DNA from: Vicugna vicugna
Lineage: Eukaryota
Assembly (NCBI GenBank): GCA_013265495.1
Contig: MU058844.1
Coordinates: 6,199,260-6,263,259 of the forward strand
Reading direction: 5' to 3'
DNA: 64,000 nt
How positions within the stretch are numbered: position 1 is the first letter of the stretch; the number at the start of each line of letters is the position of its first letter. Made by a program: the position numbers and the translations under genes. Shown here in pieces: positions 1 through 12,909 of this stretch. The notes beneath the pieces were generated by a model. The model made no database searches. It saw only the letters and a program-made list of their open reading frames with translations, and had not been told where the DNA came from.

Positions 1-1084
1 AGTCGTAATGCCTCAGAATTTGCAATTCAGTTTTCTCCTTTAATCACATTTATTTCTAAACTTTTTTTAAACTAAAAAGTCTAGACTAATAAGCACTAAA
101 TATACAAGGGCCACTTTCTGAAATAATTAAATTTCTATTCAATAAACTGAGGTCCCGTCTCCAGATTTTGCTTAGTGGTTGAGATTTTAATGGGGCAATA
201 AGTTACTGGGATTAATGAAACAATAAAAGTATTTTGTGAAGTGCATTAGTAGGTTTCAGGTCTTTATTCTATTTTAATTGTTTTGCACAAATTCATTTCT
301 ACTTAACATATTTATTTTGTATCACAACTTTAAAAGATAAAATGCCTTTTAATAATTGGTTTGCATATCAATGGGGAAAATTGATTAAAGAAAAAAGATT
401 CATTCCTCTATTATTAAATTAGGGATTTGAGGAGAAAAATATTCTGTAACACATTCAAAGGAAAGTGCTTATCTGTTATTACTGATTGCACAAAAACTCT
501 GACTAGATTATATGACTAGATGAGATGAGATTAGATTTTATAATCGAGAAAAGTGATTATTTTAGAGAGATTAAGTTTACACAGTTTTAATGAAAAAGCT
601 CTGACTTGAATCAAGGTCCATTCCACACAACTCATGCTTCCATGCTATGATCAAATCCCCGTGAACCTGACTTCACAAGCGGATAAGCCTGAACCCCTCA
701 GGGGGCTAGAGGTGGAACTTCCCAAGGATCAGATTTGGGGGTTGGCTGCAATTTACAAAACTATACTTGGCTTAAATTTAAATTAAAAAGAAAAGAAATG
801 TGTGAATAAGATAACCACAGAGCTTTATTGTCTCAATTGTCTGATGAATGCTAAAGAAATGAGTGTGAGTCTTTGTGTATGTGTGGCAAAAACAAAAATT
901 TCCTGGGAATAAATGTCAAAATGCTTTTTAATACAGCCTGCTTTAAGGAAGAATGAGCTTTGTTCTCTGAGTTGATCTAAGGATCACACCATCATATTAA
1001 CATAACTTGTTTAATACAAGAATGACATGGAGCTTATTTTAACATTGCCTTTATAAATTAAAAATCAGGACAAATTTAGGTTGT

Positions 1085-1275
1085 CATGCGGTATCATGAT
1101 TAAGAGCCTAGGCTTTGTCATCAGGCAAACCAGAGTTCAAATCTCAGTTCTTAAATTATTAGTAATATTTAGCAATTAACTTCCTTGTACCTGTTTCCTC
1201 AATTGTAAAATTGGGGAATTATTAGTCATTATATAGTAGGGCTTTTTTGTGCAGCTTTAATGATATATAAAAATC
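1085..1275 (+). mobile_element. MIR SINE fragment, cut off by the downstream L1
   Basis: MIR core-like sequence 'ttaagagcctaggctttg...gagttcaaatctcag...cctgtttcctcaattgtaaaattggg'. Confidence 0.7.
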
Positions 1276-1278
1276 TTA

Positions 1279-2247
1279 GTGCATAAATCTCAGCAGTGTT
1301 CTCCTACGGCAATCTACCCAAGCAATAGAAATAAAAGCAAAGAAATGAGACCTAATTAACTTTATAAGCTTTTGTACAGCAAAGGAAACCATAAGCAAAA
1401 CAAAGATACAATCTATGTAATAGGAGAAAATATTTGCAAAAGATGAGACTGACAAGGGCTTAATTTCCAGAATATATAAATAGCTCATACCACTTAATAC
1501 TAAAAAAACAAACAACCCAATCCAAAAATGGGCAGAGGACCTAAACAAGCAATTCTCCACTGAAGACATACAAATGTCCAAAAGGCACATGAAAAAATGC
1601 TTAATATCACTCATTAACAGAGAAATGCAAATCAAAACTTCAATGAGGTATCACCTCACACCAGTCTGAATAGCCATCATTCAAAAGTCCACAAATGATA
1701 AATGCTGGAGAGGGTGTGGAGAAAAGAGAACCCTCCTACACTACTGGTGGGAATATAGTTTGGTGCAGCCATTATGGAAAACAGTATGGAGATTCCTCAG
1801 AAGACTAAAAATAGAGTCACCATATGATCCAGCAATCCCACTTCTGGGGATATATCCAGAGGGAACTTTAATTCAAAAAGATACATGCACCTCAGTGTTC
1901 ATAGCAGCACTATTTTCAATAGCCAAGACATGGAAATAACCTAAATGACTATTGAAAAATGACTGGATAAAGAAGCCTTGGTATATTTATACAATGGAAT
2001 ACTACTCAGCCATAAAAAATAATAAAATAATGCCATTTGCAGCAACATGGGTGGACCTGGAGATCATCATTCTAAGTAAGCCAGAAAGAGAAAGGAAAAT
2101 ATCATATGGTATCACTCATATGTTGAATCTAAAAAATAAGAGATAAACTTATTTACAAAACAGAAACAGGCTCACAGACACAGAAAACAAACTTATGGTT
2201 ACAGTTACAGTGCAGAGGGGAAGGCACAAATTGGGAATTTGAGATTT
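1279..2247 (+). mobile_element. L1 fragment: ORF2 C-terminus plus start of 3'UTR, truncated at both ends
   Basis: Frame 1952-2146 gives WIKKPWYIYTMEYYSAIKNNKIMPFAATWVDLEIIILS, the L1 ORF2p C-terminal motif; also 'ccatatgatccagcaatcccacttctggg'. Stops at 'gggaatttgagattt' with no poly(A). Confidence 0.95.
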
Positions 2248-2376
2248 TAGGCATAATGAAGGGAAGAGCTGATTTGTTTGAGTGATAATGACAGAGATGA
2301 GGTAACACTGAGGAAGATTCCCTGACCCGGATCAGCAACTGTCCACAATAGGGAATTCAGTTTTAAGAGTTATAAG

Positions 2377-2619
2377 AATACCAGGAGAAAGGGGGTGGGA
2401 AGGAATAAATTAGAGAATTTGAGATTTACAAATATTCGCCACTATATAGGAAAATAGACAAAAACAGTTTTCTTCTGTATAGCACAGGGAACTGTATTCA
2501 ATATATTGTAATAAACTTTAGGGAAAAAGAACATATGTATGTATATGTATGACTGGGACATTAAGCTGTACACCAGAAATTAACACATTGTAACTGACTA
2601 TACTTCAACTAAAAAAAAA
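2377..2619 (+). mobile_element. Short 5'-truncated L1 3'UTR with poly(A) and TSD
   Basis: 'tatagcacagggaactgtattcaatat...tgtacaccagaaattaacacattgtaactgactatacttcaa' plus A-tail; flanked by aagagttataag (2365-2376) and aagacttataag (2620-2631) at a TTTT/AAGA L1 endonuclease-type site. Confidence 0.9.
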
Positions 2620-2754
2620 AAGACTTATAAGGAACATACAAAATAGACAGTATTGGAAAAGCTAATAGAACCAATTAACCACCATTGGATTCTAAATTCT
2701 AAGTACTTTGTCTCAATTTCTTTCTGAGGATCATCAGAATATTAGCAGGGCTCA

Positions 2755-3028
2755 GTGTTGGACAGATTTGGATTGCGATCTTTGTTTTTCCACAAATGAG
2801 TTACGTGTACCTGGAAATTCTTTACCATCCTTGAACCCCATTTTCCTTATTTATAAGATGAGAATAATATTAACTCTTTTGTAGTCATGTAAATGTATAT
2901 AATATGACATATGTTGATACTATACTGCACTCCATGTAATGTGAGAGAAATTATCCCTTAGGTTTGCTGTCAGATTGAATATATATAAAATACCTAGTAA
3001 GCACTCCATATATGATAGCTATTATTTA
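2755..3028 (+). mobile_element. Degraded MIR
   Basis: 'ccccattttccttatttataagatgagaataat' and 3' end 'tagtaagcactccatatatgatagctattatt'. Confidence 0.55.
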
Positions 3029-3704
3029 ATATGAGCTTTTTTTTTCTCCCCGTCTCCAGTCTGATGATTAATTACAAGCTCCAGGAGAGAAGGGTGGGCT
3101 GCTGTCCAGCCATAGCTGATATGCCTGTCCAGACAGTCCATTTGAGTTTTGTGACACACCATTGGGAAAACACTGGTTTAATGTGTTGTCACAGAAAACA
3201 CTGAACGTAGAGTGTTAGAACACATTAAAATATGCATCCTTTTTGAGGTGTGGCTAACTTAGTGGAAATGTGCTGACATGAGAGAGTATGTTATTAATAA
3301 CATTCTTGGAACATTACTGTATTTTGAGTGGCATTTTGTCATTGCACAAGTGTATACATACAAGTAGCAATAGGTTACTCATCATGAGAAATAGTCAAAG
3401 CATAAACACTGCCTCTGATTTGTATTGCTCCCAGATGTTCACACATAAGGGAAAATTGAGTAAAATAAATATTCTCTGACACTCTTGGATAAATGATATC
3501 AGAATTGTCATTTCTTAACTATATTCTCTACTGATAAACATTATCTCTAAATAAAAACAGTATCTCTATTTTCTAACTTTTCTCTTAATTTTGTGACCAA
3601 ATGAACAATTTTATGGTGCTTTTATTGGAGCTGATATTCACAAATATCCTAGGCACTTAACTGTATCAAATTTACTTTTTCTGTTTCTAGGACTTCTAAT
3701 ACCT

Positions 3705-4300
3705 CTCATTTTCTTGTTCAAGAAATAATTGTGGGCAATGACCATATTCCACACACTGATGTAAATGCCGAGGCTTCAACTGCAAACCAGTAAATGACAT
3801 CCCTGCCCTCATGGGGATGACACGGGGGAGGGTGAGGGTGGGGACTGCTGGCTGAGGAGACAGACCAAAAATGAGGGAGCAAATAAAATAACAAATAAAT
3901 GTACATAATGAGAGAAAATGCAATAAACAGTGACTAAGAAGTGCTGCTTAGAGAATGTCTGACTAATGAGGTAATATGGCAGGTCAGGTCTGACTTATTT
4001 TTAAAAGTTAGGAGGAGGAGAGCTGCAGGAAAGGATTTCTAGACTGAAGATCAGAAAACAGAAACCTAGGGAAAAAAGAGTTGCACTTGTGGGAAGAGCA
4101 CAAAGAAGGCTGACATGGCAAGAGTGAGCAGAACCAGTTAGGCTGCAGCCAAATAGTGTAGGTTCTCTAAGCCCAAAGCCAGAAGCATGGATTTCATTCT
4201 AAAAATTTGGCAGGCCAGAAATAGAAGGTTTTATACAGAGAAACTCGTGGTTGATTTATAGCTTTAAAAATTAATCTGGCTGCTCTGTAGAGAAGAAATT
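3705..4300 (-). mobile_element. L2 3' region (antisense), degraded
   Basis: 'ttcaagaaataattgtgggcaatgaccatattccacacactg...catccctgccctcatgggg' and 'tttaaaaattaatctggctgctctgtagaga' match L2 3'-end motifs. Confidence 0.6.
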
Positions 4301-4316
4301 GTAAGGGAATAATAGG

Positions 4317-4496
4317 CAGGATCAGTTACATAATTTGCAAGGTGCAATGCAAAATGAAAATGCAGGATCCCTTGCTCAAAAGCAAACAAGAATTTCAAGC
4401 AAGTGAATGACAGAAGAGCAATTAGCCAAGGGCAGGGCCCTTCTGTGTAGGATCCTGTGAGATTGAACAGATTCCACTTCCATGAAGCCAGCTCTG
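4317..4496 (-). mobile_element. MER45A-like hAT-Tip100 MITE
   Basis: 'caggatcagttacataatttgcaaggtgcaatgcaaaatgaaaatgcagg...gggcccttctg...catgaagccagctctg'; about 180 bp with CAG/CTG termini. Confidence 0.8.
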
Positions 4497-7400
4497 GGTT
4501 CTCCATCTTTCACTGGCTTTTCTTCTTTCCTTTCATCATCCTTACCTTCTCTGATGGCTGATCTACTCTACTGATGCCTAGCTTCTACTTGCCATAGTAG
4601 GATTTGCCACAGGTGTAAATTCAAGTCCAATTTTGCATTAATTTCAACTTTAGAGTTCCCAAGCAACAACATACAATATAACCTCATTTTTCTCCTGAAA
4701 TTCCCAAAGAAAAAATCCAATACATTCCTCATCCTCTAACAGATAGTTCTATCATGGACTGCTCACCTGCTGTCAGGGGTAAGTGGGAGTATCATACACA
4801 ACAAAAATGGCCACCTGGACCTGCCTTGTGAAGTTTCTTCTCTGAGATGGTGGAGAGGGAAGATCTGATTAAAGATGTGGTTGCAGTAAGAGTTCCAAAA
4901 ATATATCTAGACTCACTTCTGTTTTCCAGAGAAAAATACAAATTTTAATGCAATAAACCCAAGGGGTGACTTCCTCTTTAAAAAGTTCATTGTCGTTTCT
5001 AATTTGAGTAAATAATTACTCTACATATATTTTCATGGTATAAGACCAAAAAAGAAGGTTAATATGTTTACAGGAAAGAGATCATTGTTGTTTCTGTGGT
5101 GTTTATCATTGCTGGGTGATATTGATGCTTTTCTTTTACTTTAAAATTGCTTGTATGCCTTGATGACACAAAGAAATAAATAATTACCTGCTGCCATGTA
5201 TTGAGAGAATATTACCTTTAAAACTAATTGCTAGTCAAACTGAAGATTGTCCTGTATATTATATAGCAGGATCATTACATCTTGTTTGCAAACGAAAATG
5301 TGATGAATCATCAACTATCAACGTGATAAATGGGAAGTCTGTGGACAACCTTCCTTCACACCACGGACGTTACTTGATCCATAACTGAGGAACAGTCAAG
5401 AGACTCATTTTCTTTCTTTTACCTAAAATATGAACCAAAGGCAATGAATTTCAGCATAATCTGATCCCCCCAAGGCCAGATTGATAATGAAGCCCCTAAG
5501 TGAATCCGAGCAAGGAGTTCACCACATTAGCCGCATTTATGCAATGGCGTGGCAGCCATTTCAAATGGAAGAGTGCAGTCTTGCTATGTTTTGATTAGAT
5601 ATAGCTCTAGCAGATTACAACATATAGTTTTAGTATGGGAAACACGGTAGATATTTTTTAATGTGACAAAGTAATACATTTTTAAAAGCTATTTTTTGTC
5701 CAATCATATGTTTGATTTTGTATGCCAAATTTTCTGTTCTTTAAGTTTATTATCACTTGTAGTATAGCACCCAGACTGTCTTCATCAGACTCCTGGAGTG
5801 GTGGGTGGTGGGGAGGAGGGCTTGATACAAACATAGATTCTGGGCCGCACTTGAGGAATGTTTACTGAAACAGAATGTTTATTGCCTTCCACCACCTCCT
5901 CCCTCTATCACTACCACCGGAGATGATCCAAACATGATTCACAGTAGGAAATGGCTCGTGCTCCCCAACCCAACCACCTAGTGTCTAATTTAAAGTGTGT
6001 CTCCTGTAACCTTCATGTCTTCTTTGAGAGTTTGCCTTCTCCAGGATGACTGAGAATGGAAATGCCATCCCCTTGAGGGGACACCACAGGACTGGGATCT
6101 TAGGTTCTGGCCTCATCAAAACAATTAATATCAGAACATAATACACAACCTATAACACTCAGGCTACTCAGACTTACACAGCCTTGAGACTTGGTCAGGG
6201 AACTTCAGTTCCAGGTTGAGCAGCACAAAAAGCCAGGCCAAGGTTTTCTTTGGGTCTTTCCCAAAGATGGTGCTATTTGTACATCCTGTACTTAGATCTC
6301 TGGTTAATCTCCCTCACTCTGCGCAGGTGAAAACAAACTATATTTTATAGGCAGCTTTGTGTTAATCTATTAAAGTAAGCATTCTTCCTTATAAAAAGAG
6401 ACTCATCCCAGACCCAACTGCACACAACTGACAATCAAAAGACACAAAAACGGGATTTTTCCATTTTCCCTGTGCATCTGGATAGTGCTTGCTATATATT
6501 GCTGAAAATAAAGAAAAAATCTTAAAGAGGTTTCCCCCCAAATAAAAATCTCTTTCAGGGGTAATTCACACCTTTGCTTCTTGTGAAAGGAAAAACTTAA
6601 AAACTTACAGCTCAGAACGGAGTTTTTACACATTGCTCTCCTCAGAATTAAAAAAACAAAAGTTAGACTTAATTTCCATTAAGGGCATACATATTATATG
6701 TAATATATGTTTTTCAAAATCCATACATGAAATTTAGATTTTAGAATCAATGTCACATTCAAAACATAGGTGTGTTCTTGGGTTTTTTGTCCTTCTTTCA
6801 CAAGCATTTCTAATGTTATTAAATATTAATACCAAACATAATTCTAACAACTTCAGACAATTACTCACTTTAGAAATGTTTAGTGGGCATCCTCCATACG
6901 CCCTGTGGTGCTAGGTTAATTGTAAGAAATGTACATCCTAGATTTCAAAGAGCTAGTCAATGTCTGTCATGTTCTTGGGGTAGTTTGGTTTACAGAAGAT
7001 GATTCAGGGGCTATGCTTTAATATTAAAGTAAAACTACTTATAAATTTAATATAGAAATTTAGCTTTTCGTCATTCCCATTGTCTAATAAATATTCTATT
7101 ATTATTATGGCCCTAGTAAATTTCATACCTCCCAACCTAAAATCAGAATTCAGAACTATTCACTAAATTACAAACTTTAAGTTGAAATTTAAGACACATC
7201 TGTTAGGTACTCTAACATGCAAATGTCTCTTAAATGATAATTGTACTTAAAAAATGAAATATGCACAGATTACTCCCTAGGTAATACAAAACACATAGTT
7301 CTATGGATGTGATTCAATTTATAATTCCTATACTTATACCAAATATTTATTTAAAATATCTCAGTCCATAAAAATTAGAATTTCTATGCCAATGCACTGA

Positions 7401-9464
7401 GATTTCTATAAACCACTGAAAATTCTGTTCACATCACAGGGTTTTTGTTTAGGTTTTCTTCCTAATTGCTTTTGGTGCTTATCTGTTGTGTGTGTGTGTT
7501 CATGAGAGATCAGTACATATTAATAATGCTTAACTATTGTCAAATATTTTAATACCTTATTGTGGTTGATTGGCATTTTTATTTTTAAGGTATTATCAGC
7601 CTCTAGTTTTGATTATATATGCATATACAGGCACACACATACACATACATACAAATATGTATTTTTTAATTCAGAAGGAGACATTTTCAGGTGTTTTCTG
7701 AACTGCTATATAAATTATAGGGACCATATATTACTTAATTATAATTTGTAAAATTTAGTCTGTTTTAATAAATTGTTAAAATGTTTAAAGGTTTAATATT
7801 TCTAATAAATGGTGGTTATTAGTTATAGATGCTTTTCAATTAGTTTAATCATTTGCTTTTGAACAAAAAAACTGACTAAAAACTAATCACGTATTCTGCT
7901 GATGCTCTTTGCCTGAATATCACATTACTGATTTTTGTTTCTCAAGGGAAAAGGATGTATATGTGCTTTACGTTCCTACGTTATTCTTATTCAAAATGCA
8001 ATTAAGTTTCTAAGGATTCAACAGTATATGAATAGAAGATTTCTAGTTTTTCCTATACCCACTTTTTTTCCTGCAAATCACTTGGTACAGTCGTGAAAAG
8101 TAATCATGTCGAACTTGTTTTCTAAACTATTAGGAGAATCACAAGCCCAATTTTTGCGGTGACATTTATTTGACATTCCTTTCAATATTATACTATGATC
8201 TAAAACTAAAAATCAAACATCAAACCAGTTTTTTTCCTAGGTCAAAGACGGAAGCTTCAACGGTGCCAAAATGACTCTGAATGTTGCTTTTACTGAAGGG
8301 CTCAATGAATAGGAGAAATAATAAAGTTCTTGGCAATTTACGTAAGTCTTACCTATCATTAGTGTATTTGTCTACATAAAAGTTAAATAAAATAAATAGA
8401 TTATATACTTCTATAAAATAGCTATGAAAAATTACTGTTCTAATTGTAAATATTAACTAGCAGTTTCAAAATGAAGATAGCCAAGTAGTTAACAAACCTT
8501 TATGAACAATTGCTGTGAAAGACCGCTTTCTGTTGACATTTCCACGACCTCAATTTGCCAGAAAAGCAGTTTATATAAATCATTAATCTTTAAAACAAAA
8601 AGCATTGAGTAGATAGGTCACACATCTAATATACAGGAGCAAGAGCAAAGTCCAGAAGAATTTTTGCCTATTTTACTTAATCTGAAAAAATGAGGTAACT
8701 GAGTCTTACTAAAACAATCACGCAATATTAATATTTGAAGTTTAATGAATGGTAATACTATTATCCTGATGCTAAGTTCTCTTCAAAGGCATCTTTCTGA
8801 ACTTTTTTTTCAGACCAGTAGTTTTTTTTGTTTTGTTTTTTGTTTTTTTCAGACCAGTAGAGTTTAAATGTTTAATCATTCACTGGTTGGCCTATGACTG
8901 AAGCCATGACTGCACTCACCAGTTCCCAAATTTATCCGGATTTATTCTATTTTACTCTATTTATTCTATTCTATTATCACCCCAAAGATATTTTTTCATC
9001 AGAATTAAGGAGAACTCTAAATAATACTATCCATTCTTATTGGACAAATCCTTGTTTTTTCCTTTAACAACGATCTCAAATGTTATTCTTCTATTTTGAC
9101 CAGGCAGGCTAAGTACTTCTGTCATCTTTCACATTTCTTCTTGTAAATATCCCTATACACTTAAATGAAATGTTTACATGACTCTCCTCAATCCTTCACA
9201 CTAGGACTCTATTCCATTCATTCTCATAGCACCAATAACACTGCAATGGAAAAATAACAGTCCAGTAAATGCATAGGTGCTGCTGCCTGCCTTTCTCCTT
9301 TCTTTCATTTCTTCCTTCTTCCTTTTCTTTCTTTAAAAATACAAAACCAATTCTAGAGCATAAAATGATTTTCTCTCGTTGGGAAAATAATATATCTGTC
9401 AAATTATCTTCACATTCATCATATATTGGCTTGTATACATCCCATTACAAGGCTTTATTTACAC

Positions 9465-11102
9465 TCCATCACCCACTTCCCCACTCTCACTCTCACCCAC
9501 AAATCTCCTTATTTCACTGTGGGAGAAATAAAAAAGAAACAGAAGAAACTTTCCAACAGCTCCCAGCCAAATAGCTAAGACTCCTCCTTTTTGTGGTGAA
9601 CCTGCTCCTTCTCGTCTCCCAGGACCAGCCTCTTCACACGTGCCCTGGATGCCATCCTTCCTAGCCTTCTCCAGAGTATCCTTCAAGCAACTTAGCCCAC
9701 TCCAGATACCAAAGACTTTCTCTCCTTTTTGGATCTTTCTCATCCATATGCTACCATTTTGGTTTTTCTGTATCCTAAAAATATTGTTTTTAGACCCGCC
9801 CTCCACCCCTGCACTTTACTATTGGTTATTGTCCCATTGCTCTGCTCTCCTCTATAGGCAAAATAAACAATCGTCTCCAAGGTCAGTCTATATGCTCCCT
9901 GACTCCAATTTTATTCTTCCTGGTTGGCAGAATTCAAAGCTGGCCTCCAAGATCCCCTGCCTGTTTGGTGTGCACACCTCCGTCATCCCTGGGACTACGT
10001 GTATGATGAATGCACTACTCCTGCTCAGGTCATGTTATGTGCCAGGCAACCTGAAGACAGAGAGAGCATCCAGGTGAGTCAGGACTGATCGCACGAGCCC
10101 TTTAAGTACAGAGTCTTCTCCAGCTACTCATAGAAGAGAAAATCAGAAATTCAAAGCGTGAGAGAGATTTGACATGAGGGAAATTCTTCACTGCTGGCTT
10201 TACGATGGACAGGGTCGCATGGCCAAGAATATGGGTGGCTTCTAGGAGCTGAGAGCAAGTCCCAGCTAACAGATAGCAAGGAAACAGGGGCCAGCCTCAG
10301 TCCTATAACCATAAGGAACTGAATCCTGCCACAGTGATGTAGCTTAAAAGAGAACCCTGAGCTTCAGATGAGAAAAACACTGAGTGACACTGACTGTGGA
10401 CTAATAAAGGGGTGTTGTTTTCAACCACTAAATTTCTGGTAATTTATTACACAGTACTAGAAAACCAATACACTTCCCATTCTCCTTTGAACCCATCCCA
10501 AACAATCTTTAGCACCACCATTCCAACAAAACAGGTCCTCTGACAAAACCTTCCACTTGTTCCCCATCTCACTCAGACTTAAAGTGTTTACCACAGCTGC
10601 CAAAGCTCATGATGATCTAGCTATCAGCTGCCTCTCTGATTCTGTCTCCTCCTATTTTCCCCTTGGTTCATTCCACTCCAGCCACATATTCTTGCACTTT
10701 CTCCAGCTTGGCAAGCTTATGTCTGCATCAATCCTTGGCCATTTCTGTTCCCTCTGCCTGAGCAGGTCTCTCTCTACATATCTTCATAGGCTTCAATTTT
10801 TGACTTATTTCAGACACAGTTCAAATCTCTTATCACAGTGGATTTCCATAATCACCTGAGTGATACATCTCTGTTCTACCTTCTCCCTTATTAATCCCTG
10901 CACTTAGTTACCCACCTCTATTTTTTTCTCTATAAAATGCAATACTAGTTGAAAAATTCTATATGTACTTTAAAATAAATAGTTTAAGGTTTGTTTCCTT
11001 TACCCCAGAATGTCAGTTCCATGAGGGTAGGGGCATTTCATTCACTGCCAGTTTCCCTACACCTCAAAAATTGTCTGGTACAGAGTTGAATGAATAAATG
11101 AC
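9465..11102 (+). mobile_element. L2 (ORF2 3' part and 3' end) split by an MLT1 LTR
   Basis: 'tatttcactgtgggagaaataaaaaagaaacagaagaaactttcc', 'ccattctcctttgaacccatccc', 'agaatgtcagttccatgagggtagggg', tail 'gttgaatgaataaatga'. Confidence 0.8.
9921..10472 (+). mobile_element. MaLR solo LTR (MLT1E/MLT1D-like) with perfect 5-bp TSD
   Basis: TG...CA termini; CTTCC at 9916-9920 and 10473-10477; internal 'ctaggagctgagagc...agcaaggaaacagggg...cctcagtcctataaccataaggaactgaatcctgcca'. Confidence 0.9.
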
Positions 11103-11579
11103 TTCTTCAAGATGATGTTCAAACCAACTAAATGACCCAAAAATTTCTGTGTATTTTCATAGACCTGCTGCCAATTAAATAGTTCTGCTGATTTATTCCC
11201 CATGACACGGAGCTCTGTAACTTGTCCCCCACCCCAGCTACTTGAGAATTCTTTGGGAATGTTATGTTTAATAAGTGCAATATGTTTTAGGAGAAAGAGC
11301 ACTGTTATCCTTCCAGAGTCAGATTCATCTTTAAAATGAGCACAGCTGTATCTGTCTTCCAAGGTCTTGGTGTGTTTCAAATGAAATACTATAGGCAAAC
11401 CTTAAATTCCATAAAAATTGAAGTGATAATTTTTTTATATGGTGATGTTTTTAATAGAGCATTATGACCAGCAATGGATGATAAAAGGACAAAACAATAA
11501 CAAATCAATTTCAGTGGCCCAGATTTTGCTCTATTACACACAGTGGTTATTCAGTATCTAACAGAGTAATTGTCTTACA

Positions 11580-11795
11580 TAGTCTTCTATCTCCTTTATT
11601 TCTTAAAAACTGAAAATAATATAGAAAGACTTGATTGGACTCAAATTAAATATTTTTTGACAAGAATACCCTAGATGATGTTGTGTATCGTATTTTGTAC
11701 CACAATAGGAAGTGCATAATACCTGCCTGTGTTACTGTTGGCGCTGCTAAGATTTATTACAGTTAATCTGTTGTCAGCCAGATCTTCCTATTGTT
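11580..11795 (-). mobile_element. Old L1 (L1MC4/5-like) 3' fragment
   Basis: 'gacttgattggactcaaattaaatattttttgacaagaatac...gtcagccagatcttcc'. Confidence 0.55.
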
Positions 11796-12909
11796 CCGTG
11801 CTAAATGAACAATGGCTAGAAAAAAGGGGAAAAAGGTTTTTTCCTCCCTGAGTTTTTTCTGAGTTTTAACAGATTGAACAATGATCACAATTTGCTCTTG
11901 ATCCACTGCTGAGCCACAACAAGAGAAAAAGAAACAGACAAAATTATGACTGTCTCAGGTATAATCATTATGCAAATAACTACTTATAATAACTTAAAAG
12001 CCTTTGTGAATATTAAGTTTACAATTGAGTTTTTGATAAAATATTTTATTAAATGAAATAGAAGCAGGAATCTAAATAAGGGAATCATATACCTCAAAAT
12101 GTTAACAATTATATTTCTGAAGGCAATGTTTTTTCATCTAAAGTTAAGATTCTGTATATAATTTAACGCATGTTCTTTTGTCTCTTTCAAACACATAATA
12201 AAGCCAACTAAGATACACAATCAGTTTATCAATTTCCTGTTAAGTCAAAGTCATGCATACATTTTTACTTATTTTGAATATATAATTAGTAAATCAAAGA
12301 AGTAAATATCCTTAGTTTTGTTCCTTTGTGTCACTCATCAATGTATAAATATAATAACCATTGAAAATACAAGTCAAATATAAAAAATATCTGGTAGACT
12401 AATAATTTGACTAAGGAATAGAAAATTTAAATGTTAAGTACTGTCTTCCTAATACTAGCATAAACAGAATATCTCAAGTAAAGAAAAAAATAATTGTATC
12501 ACCTAATACACACCTACACTTGGATGATTTACTTCCAATTCCCATCTTAATAAACCATTAATAAAATAATCAGTATTCAGAGAATGAATATACATAATCT
12601 TTTGGCTTAGTAATGATTCAATGAGTATTCTGTTTGAATATATTTACCATTGATTGCCAATTAATTTTACAGAATTGACAAAGGAATCGAATTTTTCTCC
12701 CCCTGCAAATACAAAATTATCTTAGCTACATCTGCTATTATCTCCAGTTAAGGATTAGACTGAATAGATCACATTCAATTCAGAATTAGTCTTATCATGA
12801 CATTGTATTAAAGAAATAATGTATCCGTTATTAATTTCAAACAGAGTCTGAATGCCTTTTCCCTCCACACTGAACAATCCCATCTCCATGCTCTAAGTGT
12901 ACAAATATT

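Noticed and set aside
695..708. CTCF-like CCCTCAGGGGGCTA
   Set aside because: Several mismatches to the core; too weak without binding data
1276..1635. 119-aa minus-strand ORF
   Set aside because: Antisense reading of L1 ORF2 sequence, a common spurious ORF
9640..10077. 145-aa ORF
   Set aside because: Spans the L2/MLT1 junction, starts at GTG, no recognisable domain
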